From Enoplolaimus lenunculus (taxonomy: Eukaryota), in assembly GCA_030248215.1 (NCBI GenBank), contig JASANG010001329.1, forward strand, positions 434,001 to 498,000: a DNA stretch of 64,000 bases. The letters are read 5' to 3'. Within the stretch, counting starts at the first letter, position 1, and the number at the start of each line of letters is the position of its first letter. The translations under genes and the position numbers were made by a program. Positions 1-11,200 of the stretch are shown piece after piece. A model generated the notes under the pieces. That model did not search any database, was not told the DNA's origin, and saw only the letters and a program-made list of their open reading frames with translations.

Positions 1-14
1 TCGCTTTCTTTTAG

Positions 15-2641
15 GACGGAACATGTAATTTAGAGACGCACCGTGCGTTTTCTCATGACGTAACTCGTACCGGAACGCCTCCAATCCGATCAGATGCGAT
101 AACTAAATTTGACGAAGTTGATACGTAAGCATTGTTATTTAGTTGTGTGCAGTGGAGTAGCAGCCTGGTGGGGGGCTTGGCTTCAGGCCATTCCATTTAG
201 GTGTCAGAAAATTTTGCATGACATATAATAGAAATTTTGGCCAATGTTACTTTAAGGGGCGTAACAGTAGATTAATCGTATTCCAAGCCTAAGCCTAAGC
301 CTAAGCGTTGCAAAAATGTGTTCCTAAACCTAGCCTAAGCCTAAACCTAAGCCTGAGCAGAAAAATGTAATCTAGAATCTAAACCTACCCTTTTATAGAC
401 CCGCCAGAAACCTGGACGCCATTTAAAGTAACATGGGCCGAAATTTTTATGAAAAATACTAAATTCCATACATTACAAATTAGATGCCTACCTTACAAAT
501 TATTAAAATTGCGTTTGGCTTCTCGCTTGCAGCGCTCGCAAGGTTTGTTCCAATATTTTATATCGCGCATCAGCGTATGTGACCCCGTACATTTTAAAAT
601 CAGCTGTTGCGCTCATATCTGTAACAAAACACAATTTTTAATTGGCTACGCTAATTTTTAATTGGCTACGCTAGCAGAATTCAAATCCGGACCAGTAGCC
701 TAGAAAAGAGGATAGTTGCAGAGGGCTCAGCCCAGCCTCCTTGGAAAATTTTTAGCCCCTAAAGCAATTTCAACCTTGCTTTTTAATTCTTTAAAAACCC
801 TTGTTAGCAAGGTGAGTTGGCTACATGCCTGTAGATATTCGTGCCGTTAGCTGAGCTTTATGACAATTAACAACAAAACTCCTGTTCTTGATTTGGTTTT
901 TAACCAAAATCAAAATATTTTACTACAAGGCCCAGCAAATGTTGGTTTTGACGGACGGACTGAACGTGAATGGTAATAATAGAACAAACAAGCTAAAATA
1001 CATACAAAGTGGAACGAAAACAATACGCAAAACGAATAATATAAACTCTGTACTGAAATGACTTTTATTCACAAAATAAAAAAATATGGTAACGAACGAG
1101 CAAATCATCAATACTGATATTTAATGTTTGAGAAATTTGCAAGGTAGAGTTAAAAAAGTACTGTAGTGACCCGAAGTAGAGGGGGTAATAAAAGGGGATC
1201 CCCATTTTGAGTCCCAATCTATAGAAGTCCGTATCCCTAATAAAAGTCCGTAAGCGGATAGAGTCTCTAAACCCTAAATAGAGTCCATAAATGTCAATTA
1301 TCCCTAATTGTAGCGCATGAATGATTCAATGACCAAATAATTTGAGTTTGTTAAAGCTTACTTAAATTTTGAAAGTACATTTCTAAGTATAACCTTGCAT
1401 TATCGCTCAAGCTATTGTCACAAGACAAATAAACGTTTAATTCAACGGACAGTTGCAGTACCGGATATATTTCAGTAATGAAGGGTGGCGAAGCGTGGGT
1501 TATAAATAAATAACAGTCCGTAACCGAATAACAGGGGTACACTCTGGACAGGCCAAATAAATATCAGCCCCCTCTCTTATTCGGGTCACTCCAGTGCATA
1601 CATACATACATACATACATACATACATGCATACATAATAATTTGAGTTTGTTAAAGCTTACTTAAATTTTGAAAGTACATTTCTAAGTATAACCTTGCAT
1701 TATCGCTCAAGCTATTGTCACAAGACAAATAAACGTTTAATTCAACGGACAGTTGCAGTACCGGATATATTTCAGTAATGAAGGGTGGCGGAGCGTGGGT
1801 TATAACTAAATAACAGTCCGTAACCGAATAACAGGGGTACACTCTGGACAGGCCAAATAAATATCAGCCCCCTCTCTTATTCGGGTCACTCCAGTACATA
1901 CATACATATATATATGGCGGAGCGTGGGTGATAAATAAATAACAGTCCGTAACCGAATAACAGGGGGTACACTGTGGACAGGCCAAATAAATATCAGCCC
2001 CCTCTCTTATTCTGGTCACTCCAGTACATACATACATATATATATGGCGGAGCGTGGGTGATAAATAAATAACAGTCCGTAACCGAATAACAGGGGGTAC
2101 ACTGTGGACAGGCCAAATAAATATCAGCCCCCTCTCTTATTCGGGTCACTCCAGTACATACATACATATATATATGGCGGAGCGTGGGTGATAAATAAAT
2201 AACAGTCCGTAACCGAATAACAGGGGGTACACTCTGGACAGGCAAAATAAATATCAGCCCCCTCTCTTATTCGGGTCACTCCAGTACATACATAGGTTCC
2301 CTCTCATAAATTGGAGTCGAAAACTACTGGCTACAGAAAATATCAGTAGCATCTGAATCCGGCGTTTGTTTGTTTGCAAAAAGTTTTAAACAAAGCTGTA
2401 TACTCTCTTGAAATGAATGATCTGGTTGCGCCCTTGGTTTCGAACGAACGATTTGTTGCGATTTAATTTTAGCTACACTGCGTTATACTGTTACAAACCG
2501 GCAAATCCGGATGAACTTGAACTTGACGAAGGCGATATTGTGATGGTTGTTGAAAAATGTGACGACGGTTGGTACATTGGAACATCATTGAGAACGGGCA
2601 AATTTGGCACATTTCCAGGAAATTATGTCAAACTGCTATAA
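15..2641 (+). CDS. sorb-1: 3' end of SORBS/CAP/vinexin-family SH3 adaptor; exons 15-124 and 2473-2641 (5' part lies outside the window)
   Basis: The last exon encodes YTALYCYKPANPDELELDEGDIVMVVEKCDDGWYIGTSLRTGKFGTFPGNYV, the typical C-terminal SH3 of SORBS proteins. Exon 15-124 (ttttag acceptor, gtaagc donor) is open and ends in phase 2 (AC), matching the acceptor at 2473 (C TAC ACT). Confidence 0.85.
239..439. mobile_element. Merlin-like MITE carrying degenerate telomeric (GCCTAA/TTAGGC)n repeats; type copy of a family with about 20 copies in the window
   Basis: Termini GGCCAATGTTAC...GTAACATGGGCC, perfect 8-bp TSD GAAATTTT (231-238 and 440-447), internal AAGCCTAAGCCTAAGCCTAAGC. Confidence 0.75.
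1161..2290. repeat. TA-flanked MITE (CTGTAGTGACCCGAA... family) with tandemly amplified right end: 2 x 300-bp units, then 3 x 130-bp units
   Basis: Near-identical 300-bp duplication (starts about 1337 and 1637) and 130-bp period (1911, 2041, 2171); each unit ends in CTTATTCGGGTCACTCCAG plus a (CATA)n/(TA)n tract. Confidence 0.85.
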
Positions 2642-3648
2642 TTATGCGCGTGTATTTGGCGAAACCATGCCAAATTTTGGATACAAAATGTCAATATACT
2701 TGCCGAAGTCTTATTGCGTCACTGTTGCGTGAATTAGTGGCTGAATCGAGGAAGTTGATAAATGTTTGTAATCGAGAATATGAAAAACAATTTCGTTACA
2801 TACCTAAGAATATTGTAAGCAATGTTACGATCAGAAAACAGTATTAAGAAAAATCAGATAAAACTAACCGAATCTGCCGCTGTGATTTGAGAGCGAAAAT
2901 TTTTGACTAAAAGAACTTGCAACTGCAAGTTTTATCACAACACCCATGAATAAAGCTTGCAGCTGTAACTTTCACCTGCAAGTTCGCGCTGCAAAAATGT
3001 TGTACATGCAAGTTGCAACTACCAGTTTTAGGAGCAAAAGTTGCACTTGCAAGTAGAATTTGGGAGTTCTTGCTGCAAAAACTGGTACGCGTAAAAAGAT
3101 CTATTCTAAGCTACTTTCTCTGATCGCGACTGAAGTCTAATTTCACTGACAGGGTGATTTGTCAAATTTTATGTCCACATAAAATACCCTGTAGTCATTC
3201 CGCAATCGACACAATACGACAGTGTTCAGCCTAAGATTGTACCATTCTAATTTAAGTATGCCATGGTATAAAATTGAGCCTTCAAAACCTATAATCTGTT
3301 TATTAAAAGTTGAAACGCTCCACATGCGTATTTTGGGCACTGTTCCAGCCGATTTTATATACGTATATTCTTCATCAGTTAAAATCGAATATATACAGTG
3401 AAGATTGTTTACATTTTGTTTGTGTATTGCTCTATGAAACATTTGATTTGGACATACCCTTTTAGTTTAGATTGTGCGTAGTCTGAATTTAACAACAGGT
3501 AGAGTTGCAAATGTTGCAACCGCATTGTCTAGTGGGATAAAATGAAAATATTAGAATTGATCCAATTTTTACCTCAAAACAGCGTACATCGGCGAGTTCA
3601 TATTATAAGATTTACCAGCAAACTGTTATTTATCTGTCTGCTTATTTT

Positions 3649-3822
3649 GGGTCATTTCCGTTATCCCCCAACACGCGGGACCTTAAAAACTCGAATTCAT
3701 TCAAAAATTCAAATTTAGGCATGGAATGATCAGGGGAGGTCATGAGAAGCTCAAATATGTAAAAACTTTTCAACCAACCATTTTTGGGCAAACGCGGGCT
3801 GGGGGAATAACGGAAATGACCC
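3649..3822. mobile_element. Merlin-like MITE (second family)
   Basis: TIR GGGTCATTTCCGTTAT / ATAACGGAAATGACCC with a perfect 8-bp TSD CTTATTTT (3641-3648, 3823-3830). Confidence 0.75.
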
Positions 3823-4097
3823 CTTATTTTTTGCTGTTATTGTAGAGCTAGTCATATTTATACTTTCACATTTTATTAATAAATATATTAATAAGTTTAA
3901 GGAAAAGCATAGATTATTCACATGGTGTCGGCACAGACCCGTAGCCAGGTTACCTTGCTAGGGGAGTGCTAAAACATTTTAGAAGGGGTATATAGGGGTT
4001 TTCGTTGAGTTACACGCAAAGTTGAAAACTTAATAGCGGGGCCAAAATTTTTCCATGGATCGCTGAGCACCCTGGGTCATCAGTGTCGACAGGCATG

Positions 4098-4240
4098 GCC
4101 CATGTAATGATCAGGGGCGGAACGTTTTTCTATGGGACTGCAATAGAGTAAGCTTAAGCTGTAGATTAATTGTTTTGCTTGGCTTAGGCTTAGGCTTAGA
4201 AATATGCTTATAATACTGTGCGCCCCTGTTTTACATTGGC
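4098..4240. mobile_element. TTAGGC-bearing MITE copy
   Basis: GGCCCATGT...ACATTGGCC termini, internal GGCTTAGGCTTAGGCTTAG, degenerate TSD ACAGGCAT/ACAGCTAT. Confidence 0.65.
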
Positions 4241-4567
4241 CACAGCTATTAATTTTCATCAAAAAGACTAACAGCCGTTAATTTTAACAAAGTTCACTAG
4301 TTTCACGCTTTAAAGCTACAACGTATTAATCGCTCTTTTAAACATGCTTATCTAGTAAATTAGACCATACACTAAATTTACTTATGATTTATAACCAATA
4401 CCTCAAAATCACGTTTATTCTGGCAAAATAATATGCGATAAAAATCCAGGAATCCTCTTAGGGCGCGACCATCCCGAAGAATTAAATCCGTCTTATAGTG
4501 TAGATTTATATATTTAGACCTAATCTTTTACGTTTTTATTGGAGCCCTTCCTAGTTATCAGCCTATG

Positions 4568-4754
4568 GGCCCATGTTAGTTTAAGGGGTGTCCAGGTTTC
4601 TGGTGGGTCTACAAAAGAGTAGGTTTAGATTTTAGATTACATTTTTTTGGCTTAGGCTTTAGGCTTAGGAACTAATTTTTGCAACGCTTAGCCTTAGGCT
4701 TAGGCTTAAGAATACGCTTAATCTACTGTTACGCCCCTTAAAGTAACATTGGCC
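4568..4754. mobile_element. TTAGGC-bearing MITE copy, inverted relative to 239-439
   Basis: Close reverse complement of 239-439 including both termini. Confidence 0.75.
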
Positions 4755-4772
4755 AGCTTAAAGGCGTGCAGT

Positions 4773-6221
4773 TTACACCATTGACAATTGTGCAGAAAAT
4801 CTGGTTGGTCGAACATTGACGCGAAAATATAGTATTTCAAGCACAAGAACGCCGCCTCCAATTGTGATCAGACCAGCATGCAGACGTATCGATGTGAGCA
4901 AACGATAAATATCAATAATGTGAAACCTAGAAGAATCCTGAGCGGAAATTTTGGCTGCATTCAGCAAAGATAATCGTTTCCGTCGAATCACGTATTTATC
5001 GTAACCTAAAATTGAATGGCTTAATGCATTAAAACAACTGTCGATAGAAAATAGCTTTTCCAGAGTATTAACGGTAGTGAGTGGTAGATTTCTCGAGCAA
5101 TGATACGCACGAAACTTGGTTATACGTGGCGATAACAGTAATGTCGATAACGATGCAGATCCAACGCGTGTATGCAACAAAATTGACGTAGAAATGAAAT
5201 CAAGCAGCAGTAAAGGTGTCCTACGGCGCGCTGTGTGACCAACATGTGTTTGCACAGGGCTACGATTGTAGACGTCAAATAAAATACGAATTGCTGTACT
5301 CATTATATCATTGTCAGAACGAATTACAGTAACTGATTCATCCGGTCTGGCTGTTTCGATAAAAGCGCGGTCCCTGTGAAGTAAGCGATGGATCCAATCA
5401 GGAATTACAAGCTCACAAACGTTTCGACGCAAACATTTGTGAACGTCGTCAATGTTGTTAACGACACTTTTCATCGACAAAGGTTGTGAAATATACGCGG
5501 CGATAAGGTTGCTTCCAATACCAAGCACGAACAGAGCCCAGTATCCTTTCAACGCTCGAAATTTGCGCCGGTCGTTTAACGCTGGTGACAAACTATGTGG
5601 TAGATGACCGTTCGCGACTTTGCTGATGCGTCTAATAAGACGCTTTTCAACTTTATCACCAATCGCGAGCAATCCAGTTATCGCTGCGAACAAAACAATT
5701 GAAGTAGGTTTGAAAAGATGCAGAAAAAGTGTTGAACCTACATGTTTACGTACGGATTTCACTGACACAATAAAGAAATCGGACATATATCCGCATAGCC
5801 GAAACACTTTGCGGCTCATAACCGATGTTGATTCAGCTTTTCGTGCGATGCAGTCGCATTGTGGTTGTTGCGACAAGTCTCCAGTGTTTGCCAAATATTG
5901 AATCAAGCTTGACTCGTAACCAGCCAGTGGAATTGGCTTAACAGTCACGTTCAGTGTCGTGTGATATAGCAGTGATAGAAATGCTTCTATTTCGATGCCT
6001 CGGTGGGCGCAGTCAAAAGGAACGCCACGGGTAATAGTTTTCCTCCAGTGACGTACTGAAAAGTCTGAGTGTGGTGCAGTGAAACACGGTGTTGCATACG
6101 GTTGAATCTCGTTCATGCATATGGTTAGTGAGTTTGGTGACATTGATGTTGAAGTATCAACCGAAGTTGTCATTGTTTGCGTTTTGAAGTTGGAGCCGTG
6201 GTTGCATTCAGAGAAAAACAC
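4773..6221 (-). CDS. Divergent ionotropic receptor (IR/iGluR-like) membrane protein, intronless; true N-terminus uncertain
   Basis: 482-codon ORF with iGluR/IR-ordered motifs: S1 start (LTICMNEIQPY; GIEIEAFLSLLYHTTLNVTV), M1 (LFKPTSIVLFAAITGLLAIG), M3 (RALKGYWALFVLGIGSNLIAAYISQP, cf. R....W..F.LII.SSYTANLAAFLT.P), S2 start (VNNIDDV) and M4 (AGLITIGGGVLVLEILYFR). The first ATG is at 6173. Confidence 0.65.
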   Translation of the reverse strand: MFFSECNHGSNFKTQTMTTSVDTSTSMSPNSLTICMNEIQPYATPCFTAPHSDFSVRHWRKTITRGVPFDCAHRGIEIEAFLSLLYHTTLNVTVKPIPLAGYESSLIQYLANTGDLSQQPQCDCIARKAESTSVMSRKVFRLCGYMSDFFIVSVKSVRKHVGSTLFLHLFKPTSIVLFAAITGLLAIGDKVEKRLIRRISKVANGHLPHSLSPALNDRRKFRALKGYWALFVLGIGSNLIAAYISQPLSMKSVVNNIDDVHKCLRRNVCELVIPDWIHRLLHRDRAFIETARPDESVTVIRSDNDIMSTAIRILFDVYNRSPVQTHVGHTARRRTPLLLLDFISTSILLHTRVGSASLSTLLLSPRITKFRAYHCSRNLPLTTVNTLEKLFSIDSCFNALSHSILGYDKYVIRRKRLSLLNAAKISAQDSSRFHIIDIYRLLTSIRLHAGLITIGGGVLVLEILYFRVNVRPTRFSAQLSMV

Positions 6222-7958
6222 CCGTTATAGCCTTCCAGGAAAGTTATTTGGTTTACTTGACGAAGTTTTGAAACTGCAGATATTATACACAATTGCTTAT
6301 ATAGGAAACATAAAAATACTTTTAAGTTTGTATTTGAGATACAACTATCGTGTAAGAATATGTTGTCAGATATTTGTTCCAAAAATAAATCGTGTGAGTA
6401 GGCCTCTTTTGTATCAATTTTTATATGTGCAGTCGTGTGCTTCAGTTTAGCCGGCCTTAGTAGTTAATCAATTTTACCGTCAAGTCCAAGGGACACTTGT
6501 ACAAACTGAACGGCCCATGTTTACTTTTTGGGCCTTCCCATTTTCAGGGGGCACTGCAGTAGAACAGGCTTACATTTTTGACCGTTTAGGCTTAAACCTA
6601 GCATTTATGCTCAAACACCAGTTACAGCCCTAAACGTTACATTGGTCAATTCAACAAGCAAGAAACGGATCCGTAATTATTTATCCATAACATTTTTAGT
6701 GTTAGGTCTAAATGTATTATAATATATCAAACGCTGCATAAACACAATCCCTTTTGATCCGCAACGAGACTTTAAAGTGTTTCGACGATGAACCAGGTCA
6801 CAAAACGAAGTATAAAGACTGTGTTGTGCAGTACAACTAAGTATAAAAATGAACGGTTCTGAACGTTTGACAAAATTAGGTACCAATGTATATAGTAGGG
6901 CTATAACAGTAGTATAAGCAGATTCCTAAGTCTAAACCTAAACAGAAACGTAAAAATGAGCTTAAGCCTAAGCTTAAGCTTAGCCTAAGCAAAAAATAAT
7001 CTAAAGCTTAACCTAATTCTATTGCAGTAGCATAGAAAAACGGTCCGCCCCAGATTTCTAACACAGGCTGACAAAACGCTCGTTCAATATTTGACAGTGT
7101 TTTCAGCATTGCGTTCAAAACGGAAAAACCAGATTTGTTGTAATTTTAATATAATCTCTGAATGTAAACAAAACTAGTCCGCCTGCTTTGCGCAATGCGC
7201 AAAGTAAATAGCGAAAACACAAAAATTTCCACGCAAATTTTCTCTTCATAGAACGAAGAACAATTAATCACGTGTATTTCCTAAAGAATCTTTTGTAAAC
7301 AATGTAATGCTAGAAATTTGCCCAAAATACGTATGTGGGGTGTTCCAGCTTTAATACATAGATAAGAAAAAGTCTACGTATAATCGAGATGAAAATAGTC
7401 CTTTACTTATTTATAGCACAAGCTTGAGGCGTATTTTCGTAAAATAAATTATTTGCTGGCTGGCAAACTTCATATCTTTATTTTTAGCTTTTAGCAAACA
7501 TAGAACAAAACCATATCAAAATTGCAGTATACACGTCAACGATAGATAATTGGATCGAGTTATCTTGTACTATTGTAAGCTCAGAGAGAAAAAATACGCG
7601 AAACTTGAGACAACTGCAGTTGGCCGTGTGAATCCAATGAAATCTAACGCCAAATTAGATTTGCGTCAAAAATAAGAACGGTATAGAAAGTTATCTTATT
7701 CGTGTAAACTTTTAATTCTAGAGAACACAACAATATTTTGTTTAGTGTTAGTATCAAGCCATATACACGTGCAATTTTTTGCTGCGAGCAGTCGGTAAAG
7801 ATTTTTTACCCGCACTGCGCTTTACCGCAGAATTTCATTAGCTTAGACTTTTAAACTCAGGTCGAAGCTTAGGCATAAGCTTAAGCTTGAGCTTATGCTT
7901 CGGTTTAGGCTTACGTTTCGGCGCAGGTTTAGGCTTTTAAGAACAAGTGCATTCCTGG

Positions 7959-8265
7959 TCTCGAAACTGTCTGAAGTTACCGAACAACCCAGCAAAAACA
8001 CTAGCTCGAAACTGTCCGAGTGTGAATCCAACCAGCGAAAACATAGACTCGAAACTGTCTTTCCCGATCAACCCAGCAAAACCATAAGCTCAAAACTGTC
8101 CCAGCCAACACAGTGAAACGTAGGCTCGAAGTTGTCTCAGCCGTTTCGACCGACCCAGCGCAAACATATGCTTGAAGCTGTTTCGGCTATTCGGACAAAT
8201 CCAGCGAAAACATAGACTTAAACTTTTCTCGGTTGTCCCGACCGACTCAGTGAAAACAAAGTCCC
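7959..8265. repeat. Degenerate minisatellite: about 7 units of a ~28-bp core with variable-length linkers
   Basis: Recurring CCAGC(G/A)AAAACATAG(A/G)CTCGAAACTGTC-like core with unit lengths of roughly 36-47 bp. Confidence 0.7.
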
Positions 8266-11200
8266 GAACGTGCGACAGAGCCGCCAAACGCATGGACTCA
8301 AATGTGTCATGAGTGTCTTGACGCATAAGAACGGGAAATAATGAAACGACACTTTTCAATTGATGAAAGTGACCAGCTTGGCCAAACCGTACATCCTTTC
8401 CGGGCATGGTAGCAATCGCTGATTTACGCTTCAACAGACGCATTGAATAACAACTGAAAATCTAATACTATATCGGCACAAGGTATGCATTACACTGAAT
8501 AGCAATGCACCTGTTTGGTATAAAACACTACACAACTGTCGGGTACTTGCTAAAACAGTCGTTTTTTAATTGGTCGATTTTTCCAACTTTCACAATTGAC
8601 CGAACGTTATTGCTTGTTCAGAAACAACCGGTGGAAGGAAAGGCTTAAGATTGAATCACTAGTCGAAAGTAGTTTTTGCTGCAGTTGTATTCTAGACAGC
8701 TCTTATGCACAAGCGGATCCACAGGAGGGCGGGGGGTGCACATTTCTCCAATGAAAAATTTTTTGTGATAAAATGGTATTAAGGCCCCTACCTTACAAAT
8801 TTTTCCTTCAGAAAACGCTTTGTAAAATAATAAGGACTCTAGTTTTCCCATTAGAAAATTTTTTGGTGATAAAATGATGTAGGCTCTACCTTCCAATTTT
8901 TCCAACTCGCAAAAATTTCTGGTGATAAAATGATAAGGTTTCTACCTTACAATTTTTGCGTTTTATAACATTTGCCACACCGCATACCAGCAGAAATCCT
9001 GGATCCGCCGCTGTTCTTGCGGCAAAATAAAGCGCTTCAGATGATTTGGTTTCCGTTGTCTTTTAGAAAACTATAGTGAAATCATTCCCGGGAGTAAATA
9101 TATCTATTTTTTAATGTCATCGGATTAAATCATCTCAAATCGTGATATAAGGAGGATTAAGAATCTTTACAACGTAGAAAAAATTCCCTACGGCACATTT
9201 ACACAGGGAGCAAAAATTCTAGAGAAGTTTAGATGCTGTACACATAGTACAGTATACCACAAGCTAACGTCCGGTTGATTAAAGCCTACTTAGTTGACTT
9301 TTAAAGTTGGTTGACAAAAAACTGTAATTGGAACATTAACTCCAGATAATTTCATCATACAAGTTGATGTTTTAAAAAATTGCTAAAAGATCAAAGAGTA
9401 TTTGAAGGTTCAGGCGACGGTTGTTAACGCAGCGTAGTGTAAATAAATTTAACTAACCCATGTATCGCGATCAATGATGACAGGTCAAAATTTCGCGTTA
9501 GCCATTAATACTAAATATTCAAGTTGTTTTGTTAACAATAAACATAAATTCATTGTTCTTAAGCCTAAGCCAAAAATTAAGTTTATCCAAAAATTAGTCT
9601 AAAGTTTAAGCTAACTCTATTGCATTCCCGTGGAAAAACGGTGCGCCAGTGATCTTTAAATGCGCGACTATCCTGAACGACGTTCATTACATAGTTTTCT
9701 CAGTGTAAAATATATTTAAACATTAACAATTGAAAATTTTAAGCAATGTTTTTAATGCATTATTGGAAGCAACCTTTGAGCGCAAATATTTCACAATAGT
9801 CGATTTTAGGCAACGAAGCATATGAATAATGATGAAACTTAAAGTTAAAATTTCTTTATTTTATGAGAAGTTTCAGAACTGTGTCACAATTTTGCAGTCT
9901 ACCGTGCCACATAATTCTTTGGCATATATCTCCCTAAATTTTTAATTTTTCGGTTATTTTGTGGTCCGTATTCTGTATTATAGCTTGTTGATTTGAACAG
10001 TGTTATATCTTTCACAGCAGTAAGTAGCATTTTGCATTTGTTTTGCACGCACGAATGCAGTACCGTTTCCTGTTCAGCAAGTTGTCGGTAGGAGTTCGTA
10101 AACGTACAGTCTAACAAACCGAAGCCTCTGCTGATCCTTATCATTATATTATCCACATATCATGGTTTACTTCAGACACGCTTATAAGGGGTGTATACAA
10201 AAAGGAAATATGACTGAAATACTCTGAAATATCCATACAGCTAAAAAAATAGAAACTGTTTACATGTGTCAGACTTTTCCTATCATTACTGGCAAGAAAT
10301 TGTTTAGGTGTAGGTTGCACAACTTTTTTCTATGAACTTATATGTCCTTCCAAATCTTAGCTACACCTCTGAAACGCTTTTACATCATATATATACGCAG
10401 TAGGCGTTGCAAACATTTTATAAAAATCAAATATATAGACTTAATCAAATATCGCCGTGTTGAATAACGATCACAATGGGATTCTTGTGCGTCTTTTATA
10501 AAAATATATGAAAAATCCTTTTGACCGCCGCTAAATCAGATATCCACAAACCTTCAAGAGTTAATTTTGCCCTTTAGAAGCGAAAATGAAAGTAGACCGC
10601 AATATAGTAGCGATGACGATAATGCCTTTTTGAAAATATATTATTTTCGGGTTTGATTCGAGAATTATAGTAATTTGGCATTCTCATCAGTATACTTGAA
10701 TTGAAACAGTTGGTGCATTTGTCTCAAATTATTGACCTGATATTTTGGTTTACAATTTTAAAATTATATGTATTTAAAAGCATGGCACATGTTGTAATTT
10801 AGATTTTGCCATCTCTATATAAGAAAACAATGATTGATTCCGTTATTATTATTGATTTTTAAATTTTAGACTCATTTGTGAAACAGTTCAAATATTCTTT
10901 AATCTGATATCCTGTATATTTTAAAAGTGCCATACATGCCTGGCCGCCGTAACCGTTGCATAAGCATATTTATTAAGCAAGATCGAAGCAGTTCTCCCCG
11001 TTAATACTTTAATGTATATATCTACTCTAACTTCTTGAAATGAAATACTTGATGCGCTCTTAGCTGAAGTTAGAGGGCGGGAGGGGCGCCGTATGCCTCG
11101 TCATTTGGTTGGACATTTCGAGGAAAGTGACTTTCGCCGCCAAGTTCATTCGCGCGGACACTATATATCCCGACAGTAACATTTGCAGCAAATGTTGCAA

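Noticed and set aside
239..439. True telomere or telomere-addition site
   Set aside because: TTAGGC arrays are short, degenerate, in both orientations and enclosed by TIRs/TSDs.
1351..2245. Repeated short ORFs (MYPCYSVTDCY...), also at 53022
   Set aside because: They are translations of a non-coding MITE family.
7959..8265. CRISPR-like repeat/spacer appearance
   Set aside because: Eukaryotic context, no cas genes, degenerate repeats, and linkers too short and uneven for spacers.
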